Shown here: piece by piece, positions 38,172 through 48,702 of the stretch
How the letters are laid out: each line of letters starts with the position of its first letter
How positions within the stretch are numbered: position 1 is the first letter of the stretch
Source: a virus
Taxonomy: Duplodnaviria > Caudoviricetes
Virus record (IMG/VR): IMGVR_UViG_3300028549_001457
Coordinates: 214,786 to 278,785 of that record
Strand: one strand, 5' to 3'
DNA: 64,000 nucleotides
The notes under the pieces: generated by a model
What the model was told of the DNA's origin: nothing
What the model saw: the letters and a program-made list of their open reading frames with translations, nothing else
Database searches by the model: none
Made by a program: the position numbers and the translations under genes

Positions 38172-39044
38172 TTAGGTAGAATGCTTTTGTGTGCATCCTA
38201 GGGACCAACCCTCTTGTATGGCTTTTTTACTTTCGGAAATAGTTACCATCCTGTTCTGGATCCCGTTAGTGACCCATACCCTCCCTTTACTATGAACATT
38301 TGTAATAAAATTCCCTTTAAGCCTTCCGGGGGACCATCCCAGAGTCACCATTTCCTCAACTTGATCAGGCGGTATTAATTTATCTTTTCCATTAAAGTTC
38401 ATCCATTGATGACCTTTAGAAGAACTAAACTTAAAAATACGGCCAAGGGACCATCCTAAACTTAAATACTTGGGGACATCCCCCTCAGGGACCCCTTTCT
38501 CAACCCCGTCCTTATTAATTCTAACTTTATTCACCATATTTTTTGGCCCTGCACCCACAGGTTTAAGCTCTTTCCGGAGTAACCTAGGATCATTACTTTG
38601 GACTCTCATACAGTTATTAGTAGCATCACGGACCACTAGTGTGCCTTTTATACTAGGATTCGGGCTACCCACTGATTTTTTGAGAATCTCAGTTCTTATA
38701 TCCGCATACTTACTTGAAAAAATACGCGCTTCTGCTTCGGATAACGTAACTGAGTGTCGGGATAACATAAACCATAATCCATATGCGACTCCTCTATTAG
38801 TCGGGAATGCCCTGTAAAGATAGTAATGTGCCATGAAATGATTTTGTAGAGATAAACAAACCCTATTCCAAGGATTCTTACTTAATTTAGAAAACTCGGG
38901 CCACATACATCGTGGGAGAATATGGTGTTGTTCCCCCCCAGTTTCATAGTGTAGTTGAGTGGTAACTAAATTAATATATTTAGCCACCCAAACTACCTCA
39001 TCTGAAGTATTAAGCAATAAGGCCTCTAATTCCTGATTTGTCAT
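38172..39044 (-). CDS. HNH homing endonuclease with C-terminal W..NG...GW..G DNA-binding repeats
   Basis: QHHILPR..W...NRVCLS..NHFMAH; three repeats ending LGWSLGR, LGWSPGR, EGWSLG. Antisense to its neighbours. Confidence 0.8.
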   Translation of the reverse strand: MTNQELEALLLNTSDEVVWVAKYINLVTTQLHYETGGEQHHILPRCMWPEFSKLSKNPWNRVCLSLQNHFMAHYYLYRAFPTNRGVAYGLWFMLSRHSVTLSEAEARIFSSKYADIRTEILKKSVGSPNPSIKGTLVVRDATNNCMRVQSNDPRLLRKELKPVGAGPKNMVNKVRINKDGVEKGVPEGDVPKYLSLGWSLGRIFKFSSSKGHQWMNFNGKDKLIPPDQVEEMVTLGWSPGRLKGNFITNVHSKGRVWVTNGIQNRMVTISESKKAIQEGWSLGCTQKHST

Positions 39045-39122
39045 GAAGCACCCCCTAAAGGGAAAATGGGACTTGCTGTATCTTTGTGGGGATCTGATCG
39101 TATCTTAACTTTGGAGGTTACT

Positions 39123-39779
39123 ATGAACCCTACGATCAAGATTCCTTATGAATCCTGGCAATTTTTGTATCCCCCTCGTCCAGAAACAGCCGTATCTCCC
39201 GATGTTTTAACTGATATGGAACTCAAGGGTTGGATTGGGACCTATAAGATGAACGGAACTTGTAGTTTGATTGGGGTTAGCCCAACGGGTACTGTTCATA
39301 CGCTCACGCGACATAACACTCCCCATAAGATGTGGAGCCTTGGGAACAAGACCAAGGCTATTGCTGAGTTTGGGACCAGGGGCAAGTGGACCGTTTTTCT
39401 GGCTGAACTCCTGAATGACAAGACCCCGCTTATCAAGGATACTCTGTATATTTTTGATATCCTGGTCAGTGATTCCATTCAACTCATCGGGACTACGTTT
39501 GATGAACGGCAGGAGTTCCTTAGGTCTATTCTCCCCCCTATGGAGAATAACGCACCCTCTCATACTGTGGTGGCCCCTGGGATCTGGCTTGCTAAAACTC
39601 TTAATGAAGGGTTCGCGGAGACATTTAGAGGCATCAAAGAGGCTGGGGATAAAGCTGTTGAGGGCCTCGTTTTGAAAAATCCCAAGGGCGCTCTTGACCT
39701 AATGTTTAGGACAGGGAATAATCAAGGTTGGAATCTTAAGGTGAGGGTTCCCTTACCACATAGCCATCAAGGTTTCTAA
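39123..39779 (+). CDS. Minimal ATP-dependent ligase (nucleotidyltransferase domain only)
   Basis: RBS GGAGGT; motif I YKMNG, motif III AELL, IIIa YIFDIL, IV EGLVLK, V LKVR. No OB-fold extension seen. Confidence 0.7.
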   Translation: MNPTIKIPYESWQFLYPPRPETAVSPDVLTDMELKGWIGTYKMNGTCSLIGVSPTGTVHTLTRHNTPHKMWSLGNKTKAIAEFGTRGKWTVFLAELLNDKTPLIKDTLYIFDILVSDSIQLIGTTFDERQEFLRSILPPMENNAPSHTVVAPGIWLAKTLNEGFAETFRGIKEAGDKAVEGLVLKNPKGALDLMFRTGNNQGWNLKVRVPLPHSHQGF

Positions 39780-39812
39780 AATTTAGTTTGTATATATTAT
39801 CTGAGGAAGTAA

Positions 39813-40485
39813 ATGTGTAGCGTAAAAAAAGAATCGTGGGTAATCGTTCCGTCTGAGTGGGTCATTGCTAAGCCCACTAGAGGGCCTGATTTTGACACTG
39901 GGGATGAAGTTATTTTCCCATATACCCGAGAGCGTGGATACTTCTTGTGTGGATTCAGTGATGCAACTAAGGCTAAGTTGCATGAATATGGCCCCTTTAA
40001 CTCTCTAAAAGACGTTGAAATTTTTGCAAGTTCCCATAATATATCTATCCAGGCAACTAGATGTTATTAACCCACAAATGGTAGCAGGAGTCCCTATGTT
40101 TCTTTGGGTCATCGAAATGTTTAATGCAGACAAGGCGCAATGGGAGCCCACTAACTGGGTTCATTGTAGTAGGACCCTGGCTAGGGAAGATAAGATAACT
40201 ATTGATAACGAGAACCCAAGATTTAAGTTCCGTATTCGAAAGTATATCGCAGAGTAGCCTATGGACCCCCAGGAAAAAGCCATTTTTACTGAGTATTTCC
40301 TTACACATCCCTATGACTGTGCCTTTGATTGCCAATATGAGGGCAGGCATCCTAGTTGTAAAGAATGCCAATTAATGGATAAAATCGTCCAAATTTTGGA
40401 GTTGCCACCTGAAGTGGTGCATGGGTATAAGTATCCCAACGTTTCAAGTGGAACTCCCGTTATCACAAAACTACACAAAATTTAA
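39813..40485 (+). CDS. Three small hypothetical proteins (39813-40070, ~40015-40257, 40261-40485)
   Basis: Tightly packed ORFs in the track; no motifs recognised. Confidence 0.45.
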
Positions 40486-40553
40486 GAGTCCTGTATTTTT
40501 ATCTTTGAGGGGCCGTATTTAGATTAGGCCAATTGCCTGATCTTGGAGCCCCG

Positions 40554-42782
40554 ATGATTATTAACACCCATCTGCATAAGGTTGAGTCTGCTGGAGTTCT
40601 TGATAAGTCTAGTTTTAGCATGGCTAATAATGCACATGCTTTCCAGACTATGTCTGATAGGCTCTACAGCGATAAGGTTACGGCTGTAATCAGGGAAGTT
40701 ACCATTAATGCAGTGGACGCTCATATTGAATCAGGTGAGCCTGACCGCCCGGTAGAACTGCACCTTCCAACTGCCCTTGAACCCTATTTTCATGTCCGTG
40801 ACTTTGGCCCTGGCCTTTGTCATGAGGATATGATGTATCTATATACAACGTATTTTGCGTCCACCAAGACTGGGGATAACTCTAATACGGGTGGATTTGG
40901 CTTGGGGTGTAAAGCACCTTTTGCGTATACTTCAACCTTTTCAGTTGAGTCTACGCATCTAGGTGTCACTAGGGTTTATAGCGCCCTTAAAGGTGAAGAT
41001 GGTAAACCTGAAATGAACCTTCTTCTGGAAGAAGACCTTGGGAATGCAGATGGCCTTCTTGTTTCTTTGCCTGTAAGGTCTTGGGACCATTCGGAATTTT
41101 ATCGAAAAGCTGCTAAAGTTCTTGAGTTGATTCCAGCCTTCACGACTAACCTTTCTGAGTTTACTGCCGCCAAAACTACATATGTGTCTAAGAATTCTAC
41201 GTGGGGTCTGCGGGACCCACACGCGAATGACCATGTAGGGCATTCCAGGCCTCGCGTTATTATGGGGAAAGTGGCCTACCCTGTATCTATGGATGAGTCC
41301 AAACTTACAGATGCAGAAAAAAGCATTCTTAAGCTCCCTGTGGACCTCTTCTTTGATATCGGGGAGGTGTCAGTAACACCTTCCCGAGAGTCCCTAGATA
41401 TGAGAAAGGATACGTTTGCGGCTATTGCAACCCGCCTTTCGGAAGTTCATACCCATATCATCACAAGTGTAAAGGATGAAATTGAGGGGGCTAGATCTGT
41501 TTGGTATGCTAAGTTAGCTCTAAGAGATAGGCTTGTTGATTCCAGCCCTTACAAGCCCATTATTAAGACTGCCATTCGCCAGTATTTTGGGAAATATTCC
41601 AACTTTCTCCTGGATGGTCTGTCTACCGATTTGGATATGCGCGGGTTTGCAACACTTTCCCTGGCTTCTAGAAGATACACCATTCGAAATAATAAGCTTT
41701 GTAAACTAGTTATGGAAGAGGACCGGAGATCCATTGTTGTCGAAACTTCAGAGGCATCTATCTTCTACCTCCATGATGGGCCTGAACAGCCTTCGCGTAT
41801 TTCCAAGCGTATCATGGATATGCTCCACACTATCCACCCAAGTTATAACATAACTCTATATCTTATTATCCCAGAGGGGACTGCTAATCAGGCCACCAGG
41901 GACAGGGAATTAATGTCTCTAGTGGATGCTCTAGGGAACCCCGATATCTTCCTTACTTCGGAGTTACCCCCTGTGCCTAAGAAGCCCAGGGCTCCCCGTG
42001 CCCCAAGTGATACTTGTAAATTTGCGTGGTCTTATAGAGGGGATCGTTTTGCGTCCCCCCAGGCTAACGTAGCTATGTGGGCCAAGGTGCCTCAAGGTGA
42101 GTTTGATGGTGACGGGCCTTTTTATTATGTCCCCCTGGACCACCTGGAGTGTCTCATCCCAACCCTTAATACTCAGACACTTTTTAATGTCTGGAAGGCC
42201 CTGAGACTTCTCCGGGTCCCCCTTGGCGATGACGAGTATACGGTTGACTCTAGCAGTGTTCTTTATGGCCTTAACAGACAGGGTGTTCAGCGGATTCAGA
42301 ACAACTCTTCATGGATTAATATTTTTGAATTACTCAAGGCAACCTCTTTTGAGCCCCCAGGTTCCTACCTGCAATATAGAGCCTCGATGGGCTTACGGCA
42401 GATTTCCTCTGGTATGCCCAATATTTTCCAGGGGTATGTTCAGAGTAAACTTAGAGGACCCCTCCGCGCCCATATCAAGGGGACTAGGTTCCACCATCAG
42501 GCTGTTATCCTGCGGAGACTCAACCAATTGATCTCACGATTGGTTACTCCAACTCCTGTCAATACCGCTTGGACCCACCTGCTTGGGTTCACAGGCCAGG
42601 AGATTACCCAGATGGGGGTTCCGCAGTCTATTAAAACTCTTATGGATGCCTTGACCCTGGGAGAACTCACTACGTGGTATCCCATGATCTCTCTGGCAGA
42701 TCGCTATTATGGTCATCAAGATGCGACTTATCATGCAATTCTGGGTAGGTATATCTCTGACCAGGATAGGAATCTAGGCTAA
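40554..42782 (+). CDS. rIIA: rIIA-like protein (GHKL ATPase N-terminus)
   Basis: LYSDKVTAVIREVTINAVDAH, VRDFGPGL, YFASTK, GGFGLGCKAPFAY. ATG 40554 with RBS GGAG. Confidence 0.8.
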   Translation: MIINTHLHKVESAGVLDKSSFSMANNAHAFQTMSDRLYSDKVTAVIREVTINAVDAHIESGEPDRPVELHLPTALEPYFHVRDFGPGLCHEDMMYLYTTYFASTKTGDNSNTGGFGLGCKAPFAYTSTFSVESTHLGVTRVYSALKGEDGKPEMNLLLEEDLGNADGLLVSLPVRSWDHSEFYRKAAKVLELIPAFTTNLSEFTAAKTTYVSKNSTWGLRDPHANDHVGHSRPRVIMGKVAYPVSMDESKLTDAEKSILKLPVDLFFDIGEVSVTPSRESLDMRKDTFAAIATRLSEVHTHIITSVKDEIEGARSVWYAKLALRDRLVDSSPYKPIIKTAIRQYFGKYSNFLLDGLSTDLDMRGFATLSLASRRYTIRNNKLCKLVMEEDRRSIVVETSEASIFYLHDGPEQPSRISKRIMDMLHTIHPSYNITLYLIIPEGTANQATRDRELMSLVDALGNPDIFLTSELPPVPKKPRAPRAPSDTCKFAWSYRGDRFASPQANVAMWAKVPQGEFDGDGPFYYVPLDHLECLIPTLNTQTLFNVWKALRLLRVPLGDDEYTVDSSSVLYGLNRQGVQRIQNNSSWINIFELLKATSFEPPGSYLQYRASMGLRQISSGMPNIFQGYVQSKLRGPLRAHIKGTRFHHQAVILRRLNQLISRLVTPTPVNTAWTHLLGFTGQEITQMGVPQSIKTLMDALTLGELTTWYPMISLADRYYGHQDATYHAILGRYISDQDRNLG

Positions 42783-42806
42783 TATGGATACTTTAAGTAA
42801 TTCACC

Positions 42807-42818
42807 CGTATCTATACT
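42807..42818 (+). promoter_or_regulatory. Putative early/middle promoter motif CGTATY-TAnnnn (also 34297, 36861, 40514, 46203, 60017, 61601, 62329)
   Basis: Recurrent CGTAT(C/T)TA directly upstream of RBSs in the right half, e.g. CGTATCTATACT, CGTATCTAGACT, CGTATTTAGATT. Confidence 0.55.
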
Positions 42819-42832
42819 AGGAGGTTAAAATT

Positions 42833-43417
42833 ATGTCTAGTTTGACTAGCTCTGCTATGAGATCTATTCCTTGGACATTGGTAGATGGCCTATTAACACT
42901 ACGTCTTAGGGGATCTAGTATATGTATAACTGAAGATCACCCAAACCATGCTAGAATCTTAGATTATCTAAAACAGCGTAAGTTCAGAGTTGTGGAAGCC
43001 CTCGTTTACAGACAGGATACGCTGAGGTCATTTGATCAAATTATGGAAAGTGTGGGTTCTAGTGACACATCGAACCGTGTAATTCTTGCAGATTCCCCAA
43101 AAGTTGAGGGTTCACTCCCAATTGTCTACATGGAACTTCCTGAGACTTCCGTGTCAGATGCTAGGCTTCCCACGGTTATAATTGATCCCATTGAGGACCG
43201 GGAACAAATGATGCGACAGCTTTACATTAGAGCTTTGCAGACTAATAAAGACACATTTGCATACCAAAGTATTGAAGAGAAGTTCCCAGGTGATATAAAG
43301 GTAAGTCCAACTGGGTTTGTGTTTGAATACTGTGCGGCTGATAAAAACTGGAGTGTCATCTGTCAGATTAAAGCCGTTAGCTTTCATCTAGTTGAACATT
43401 CTCAGCAAACGGACTAA
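42833..43417 (+). CDS. Divergent rIIB-like protein
   Basis: Directly follows rIIA; N-terminal W.L.DG.L.L.....I..DHPN..RI..L pattern resembles rIIB N-termini, but the core is poorly conserved. Confidence 0.35.
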   Translation: MSSLTSSAMRSIPWTLVDGLLTLRLRGSSICITEDHPNHARILDYLKQRKFRVVEALVYRQDTLRSFDQIMESVGSSDTSNRVILADSPKVEGSLPIVYMELPETSVSDARLPTVIIDPIEDREQMMRQLYIRALQTNKDTFAYQSIEEKFPGDIKVSPTGFVFEYCAADKNWSVICQIKAVSFHLVEHSQQTD

Positions 43418-43450
43418 TTAAACTAGTATTTACGCAACCCGAGATCAACT

Positions 43451-44846
43451 ATGCACCCATTAAATACACAAGCCCTAATTGAATGTAGTGAAGGTTCAAG
43501 GCTGGTATTCTCCACATTTTATAATGATAAGTATGATGTAGTTACAGTGCCAGTTGTTTTAACAGACTTAGATTTATACCGGGGATTCTATCTTCTCATT
43601 CAGGATGGGTTTCCTACGGCTCTAGAAGCTGATGAATATATGCGTATGAATGGGTTTTTATTCACCCCACTTATGTAAACTGTTTTTTACCTAAAAGGCC
43701 CACCCAATGCATAAAGACCCCGAACATGGTAGAAGCCACGAGCCTGAATGCTGGGTTCAAACCTTAACTCCTGCAGGATTGCTAGAGAACGAAACCTGCT
43801 TGTGGGCTTCAGACGGTAATGGTGTGTGGACATCTGATTGCCACAGAACCAACGGAGATGGACCATCGTTCGCTTTCGATGATGGGGGTCCAGTTGAAAA
43901 TGGTTTCTCTTTTTGCCCATATTGTGGTAAGCCACTTCTAGCTTCACGGTTCCCCGGTGTGACTCATGTTGAATGAACGAGCTAAAGTGGTGAACGAGTG
44001 TCACGACTACGGCGAAGGCTACAGCCAAACCCGATTCGGAATCTGCATTGGGGACCGCATCTTCATGGTCGGGATGGAAGGCTACGGCTACGACCCTAAG
44101 GTTTCAGAAGCTGACCGCGCCCTATGCAACGCCATTGTCTCCAGATGGAACAATGGCCTAACCACCACCTAGACTGGAGACCACATGGCTAAACACTCTA
44201 AACGTAAAGTAGTTTCTGAGTCCGGGTCCATCATGTTCACAAAACATGAGGATGATGCTAAGGTCTTTTATGAGGGTGAATTTGAGGGCTACATCGTCTC
44301 AATTCATCGGTTGTATACCTGGGACCCAAAGCCGCCCACCAAAAAGCAGAGTGGTTTTGCTACGTATACCCGCCCTATTGGTTCGCCTGTCCTACGGGTT
44401 GCACCTATGTTCTCGAAGGATCTTAGGTCAGCTACAGAATCGGGGATTCAACGTGTAAGGTTTCACAATACCCAGATCGTAACTCCGACTATTCAGGTCG
44501 AAGAACCTGTAGTCGTGCCTAATACCCCTAGATCGAGGACTCGCCGCAGCCGAGAAGTTGTTCCATCAGTAACTGACTCAAACGGGCAGTTGATTGGGCA
44601 TGTTGCCAGTATTGATAGTTCTGGTTATACGATTGATTCTAGTGGTTCAACCTGGGAGTTTTAATGAATTCTAACTTGGTATTTTACCCCCTGATGGAGT
44701 ATTCAGACGGTATTGGGATGTGGGTAGTTGAGTGGACCAATGGCGGAGAACCGTTCAAAAAAGCGTTCCCCTCTAACTTTAAGGGGAAAGAGGCTGCTAG
44801 GAGCTTCATGGATCAGCTTGAGGTATCCATGGAAGTTGCTAGTTAA
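43451..44846 (+). CDS. Cluster of small hypothetical proteins (43451-43678, 43707-43976, 43966-44172, 44185-44664, 44664-44846)
   Basis: Consecutive, often overlapping + strand ORFs; 43707 has HxxxC and FCPYCG. Confidence 0.5.
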
Positions 44847-44857
44847 CTGGAGAACAT

Positions 44858-45442
44858 ATGCACCATACAATCCAACTCACGCCATTTTATTTAGAACATC
44901 AGCTTAACAAAGAAGTTGAGCAGGGTCTTAACCTAGATACGTGGAGGGGGATCCTTCTAAATTCCTTCATGAAGGGTGATTTCCGTAAAGGGTATCGAGA
45001 GGGTGTAAAAATCCTACCCCTTCACCTGGAGGGGACTGGGGTTTCCATTAAGCATAAAACGGTAACCATCCAGCCCACGGATACTCTTAAAGCTGCTTTT
45101 GCGTCTAGGATTGAAGGGGAAACCCCCCGCAAAAAGATTTTTATTGACCGGACTCATGCTGAGCTAGAAGATGCGAAGTATGTTTTTGCGGTCCTTTATA
45201 ATAAGAGCGTTCTTGCTGAAGATGGGGACTTCATTGAATCCGATTGGGGGGTTGTAACCCACCTTACATCAATGACAGATGAAGTTGAACCCATGCAACC
45301 AGAAACTCTTATTGCTAACCACTTTCAGTTGGACGGGGGGACCTCCACCAAGATGAACCCTAGATATTTTGAGGAAATGCTTGACATTTCTGTAAACTTC
45401 TGGAAAGATAAAGTTATCGCAAATATTCTGGAAGTATCCTAA
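44858..45442 (+). CDS. Conserved hypothetical protein (DUF3228-like)
   Basis: F..GYREGV...R.EGE.PRK...VLY...L.E...DW.V...EPM.P.T...N....GGT, recognised from memory. Confidence 0.4.
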   Translation: MHHTIQLTPFYLEHQLNKEVEQGLNLDTWRGILLNSFMKGDFRKGYREGVKILPLHLEGTGVSIKHKTVTIQPTDTLKAAFASRIEGETPRKKIFIDRTHAELEDAKYVFAVLYNKSVLAEDGDFIESDWGVVTHLTSMTDEVEPMQPETLIANHFQLDGGTSTKMNPRYFEEMLDISVNFWKDKVIANILEVS

Positions 45443-45578
45443 CATTTACTCGTATTTGTATTGAAGGCATACCCCCTGGCTGAGAACCGCACATGGGTTA
45501 CACCCCACCCTGGTAGGTGGGGGTGACTGCAGGGAGGTCAGGGGGAAGTCCTTCGTATATCGTATACCAGGAGATTAA

Positions 45579-45968
45579 ATGAGTCGCCATAACATCTGGA
45601 ATTTCAAGCTGGAACGCTTTGACTTCACTATTGACTTGGCTGAAATTAAGCGGTTGAGCATCAAGATGCGCGTCACGGGTGTGGTTTCCAAGAAAGTTCT
45701 CAAAAAATGGCGTAAACGAGAACGCAAAAACATACATAAGGGGATGTGTGATAAGTGTTCCTGGCTACCGGATGTAGTTGTATATGGTAAAAAAGCTCTG
45801 GAATTCCATACAGATACCTCTATGTGGTGGGCCTGCCGTAAGTGCCACTGTGTCACCGCATGGGTTTGGGAGGATGAGGTTTCTGAGCCCATGCGTAGCG
45901 CCTATAAAGAGTTTACTAAGAAGCGTGGGGATTCGACACCGCAGGGTATTGAGTATGACCTGGACTAA
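45579..45968 (+). CDS. Basic Cys-containing hypothetical protein
   Basis: RBS CAGGAG; CDKC...CRKC. Confidence 0.55.
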   Translation: MSRHNIWNFKLERFDFTIDLAEIKRLSIKMRVTGVVSKKVLKKWRKRERKNIHKGMCDKCSWLPDVVVYGKKALEFHTDTSMWWACRKCHCVTAWVWEDEVSEPMRSAYKEFTKKRGDSTPQGIEYDLD

Positions 45969-46225
45969 ATGGGCGCTACTTGAACTAGCTCGTTTCAGGT
46001 GGTCCTTTATGCGGCAGTGGCATAGCTGGCGAAGAAGGCACTACCGTAAAGGTAGCGAACCCTGGAAATACCACCTACGGGCTCAAATAACCAGCAGCCA
46101 TATGTGGGGCGAAGTTGGTATGATATCCGATGAGTAATATGGAAATCTAAGACCATTTTTTACGGCAAAGACCCTTTTTGTGGACTTAATTTAAAATCCT
46201 TTCGTATCTAGACTCAGGAGATTAA

Positions 46226-46867
46226 ATGAAGCCCAAGTCTGTAGGCTGGAAAAATGGGGTCAAATGGGTCCAGCTCTGGCACGTATCCCCCACTAGACTG
46301 AGCTGCTTGAAGGCTCGGTCCACGTTTTGGGGTGCGTCAGGCCTCTATGTTTCACCCAGTTACGGGTCGTTAATCCATGACTGGTGTTCTGTAGTGCTCA
46401 ATAGAAAGGGTGGTAAGCATCCTTTTAAGGCTCTATATGATACCGCATATAACCGTTACTGGGCTCTCCATGATAGGGAGGCCGCAGGGGAACTCCTGAC
46501 CCCTGACGAGCTTCTTGAAAAGGCTCGATGGAGTGAGATTCGGGATCGAGCAGCCGTGCGAGAGTTTCCAGAAGAACGCTATTCCAAGATTTATATTCAT
46601 GAATTGCACTGCCCTTTAGCCGTTTATGAAGAAGCACAAGAACATTATCACACCACCCTTGACGCAAAGTTTCGTGAGGAGCACTTTGGTTTTTGGTTCT
46701 GGGGGCTTCAGGTCTTCCTTAAGAATTCCAGGCTTCCCGAGGTAGCGATTCACAAAACTACCCAGATGAGCTATGGGGATTACCTTGATGAGTATGCTAA
46801 TTACCAGCGTTCTGCATATTATCGGGACTTCCACTTCATGAAACAGGAGATTAAACGATGGCGGTAA
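46226..46867 (+). CDS. Hypothetical protein, weak ART-fold-like N-terminus
   Basis: RBS CAGGAG; LWHVS...GLYVSPS. Confidence 0.45.
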   Translation: MKPKSVGWKNGVKWVQLWHVSPTRLSCLKARSTFWGASGLYVSPSYGSLIHDWCSVVLNRKGGKHPFKALYDTAYNRYWALHDREAAGELLTPDELLEKARWSEIRDRAAVREFPEERYSKIYIHELHCPLAVYEEAQEHYHTTLDAKFREEHFGFWFWGLQVFLKNSRLPEVAIHKTTQMSYGDYLDEYANYQRSAYYRDFHFMKQEIKRWR

Positions 46868-47322
46868 CAATTGCGTCCTTACCTGAGGCAAAGCAAATCT
46901 GCGGTGCGTTTGATTATATCATAAGTATAACTGACCCCAACGTTAAACTACCTAGCCTAGGCCCAAATCATATCCATGTTAGGTTTCTGGATGCGGAACA
47001 TCCAGATGAGCGAACATACACAGCTATGGTAGCGGGTGTCACCAGGATTCTTTCCTGGGTAAGGGAGCATAACCTTACGGGCAAAGAAAAAATTCTTGTG
47101 CATTGTCATGCGGGGGTCTCTAGGAGTGCTGCAATTGCATGGGCTCTTTTGGTTATGTTTGGTGAGGATTATGAGACAGCATACCAAGCATTGCATACCG
47201 CAAGACCCATTATCTGGCCCAACTTGAATGTAGTTCAACTTGCGGACTCATTTTTAGGATGTGATGGTGCGTTTCTGCGTGTCGCTAGGTCAGTAGATTT
47301 TAGATCTAACTCAATTTTTTAA
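46858..47322 (+). CDS. Cys-based (tyrosine/dual-specificity-like) phosphatase
   Basis: P-loop ILVHCHAGVSRSAA; IISITDP, FLDAE, WPNLNVVQLAD. Confidence 0.85.
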   Translation: MAVTIASLPEAKQICGAFDYIISITDPNVKLPSLGPNHIHVRFLDAEHPDERTYTAMVAGVTRILSWVREHNLTGKEKILVHCHAGVSRSAAIAWALLVMFGEDYETAYQALHTARPIIWPNLNVVQLADSFLGCDGAFLRVARSVDFRSNSIF

Positions 47323-47341
47323 GAAAAAGGATAAGATAAAT

Positions 47342-47545
47342 ATGCTACCTGATAGTTTTATTGAAAAATATAAATCAAAAGGTGCGGCCACTCTTGTCTT
47401 CGGTGAACCTATTGTAGATTTTACTAGAGACGAACTCTTTGCTGTGTTAGGTCTTATGTGTGAGCGAGAAGAACAGGCTCAGAAAGCACACGCTCAAGAA
47501 CGTCGAATGACTGAGATGTTCAGAAAAGCTAAAGAATTCTATTGA
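47342..47545 (+). CDS. Small hypothetical protein
   Basis: 67-aa ORF with an AG-rich RBS. Confidence 0.45.
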   Translation: MLPDSFIEKYKSKGAATLVFGEPIVDFTRDELFAVLGLMCEREEQAQKAHAQERRMTEMFRKAKEFY

Positions 47546-47592
47546 AAATTTATCCAGTAGTTGCTATGCGGCATACCTAAACGGAGAAAAGT

Positions 47593-48702
47593 ATGAATAT
47601 CCCGCCAATGGATTTCTGCGAATTCCCAAAAATTTCAAGACTTTCTCGTGAAATGATCATTAGCGAGAAGATCGATGGCACTAACAGCACAATCTATATC
47701 ACGGATAATCTAGAGATTTATGCTGGATCTAGAAATAGGTGGATCACTCCCGAGGATGACAATTACGGGTTTGCTAGGTGGGTTCAGGATCATGAGGATG
47801 ACCTAGTCTCGCTAGGTCCAGGCCTCCACCGAGGTGAATGGTGGGGGTGCCTAGCCAGTGAAGTTTCCATAACCTTAGCAGATGGTTCTACAGAAAAAAT
47901 TGGTAAAATAGTCAATAACAGACTACCCGTTACTGTGCTGAGCTACAACTTTGATACGCACAAGATAGAACCAAAGAAAGTAATTGGTTGGAAACGAGGC
48001 CCTTCAACAAATGATTGGTTGACCATACGGGTTAGACGAAAGTGGAAGGGGGGAAAACAAACTTGTGTCAATTTAACTCCTAACCATATTGTTTTTAGAA
48101 AAAACAGTTCGGGACAACAAGAAGAGTGCCCAGCAGGAGAGTTACACATAGGCGATATCCTTTACATAAACTCTGAAGTTCAGGATATTAAATACTCAGA
48201 GTTACAAAATTTAGCGGGGGCTGAAATTGTAGAAATTGACCGTGCTTTTGCTAACTCGCGGAGGTCAAAATATAGGTTTGATCTGGAAATCGAGGATAAC
48301 CATAACTTTTTTGCGAACAATATTTTGGTTCACAACAGCGGAATCCAGAGGAAATATGGTCTCAGTGAGAAAAGGTTCAGTCTGTTCAATACATCTAGAT
48401 GGTGTCTGTGGAACGCCGAACCCATGAGTTACCCCACAGCCGATCCTCGTATTATAAATACCCAGGAACGGCTACCTGAGTGCTGCCACTTGGTCCCGGA
48501 ACTCTATCGAGGACTTTTTGATACAGCTACCATTGATCAGGTTTTGGAGAAGCTCAAAACTGGAGGTAGTGTTGCAGCCCCTGGGTTTATGAAACCAGAG
48601 GGAATTGTTATTTTTCATGTGGCTGCAAATACTGGGTTTAAGAAAACTATTGAGAAGGATGAAGAGCCTAAATCTAGAAACAAAAACTCTGATATTCACT
48701 AA
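47593..48702 (+). CDS. Rnl2-like RNA ligase split by a mini-intein
   Basis: FPKISRL, SEKIDGTN, GSRNRWITP..DNYGFARWV, GEWWG|intein|SGIQRKY, FSLFN, PELYRG, PEGIVIFH, FKKT. Confidence 0.88.
   Translation: MNIPPMDFCEFPKISRLSREMIISEKIDGTNSTIYITDNLEIYAGSRNRWITPEDDNYGFARWVQDHEDDLVSLGPGLHRGEWWGCLASEVSITLADGSTEKIGKIVNNRLPVTVLSYNFDTHKIEPKKVIGWKRGPSTNDWLTIRVRRKWKGGKQTCVNLTPNHIVFRKNSSGQQEECPAGELHIGDILYINSEVQDIKYSELQNLAGAEIVEIDRAFANSRRSKYRFDLEIEDNHNFFANNILVHNSGIQRKYGLSEKRFSLFNTSRWCLWNAEPMSYPTADPRIINTQERLPECCHLVPELYRGLFDTATIDQVLEKLKTGGSVAAPGFMKPEGIVIFHVAANTGFKKTIEKDEEPKSRNKNSDIH
47848..48336 (+). other. Mini-intein (163 aa, no endonuclease)
   Basis: CLASEVSITLADG...LTPNH...RFDLEIEDNHNFFANNILVHN followed by +1 Ser; removal restores GEWWGSGIQR. 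Confidence 0.92.

Noticed and set aside
45472-45545. tRNA gene
   Set aside because: No TTCRA T-loop or cloverleaf spacing on either strand. No tRNA was recognised anywhere in the window.
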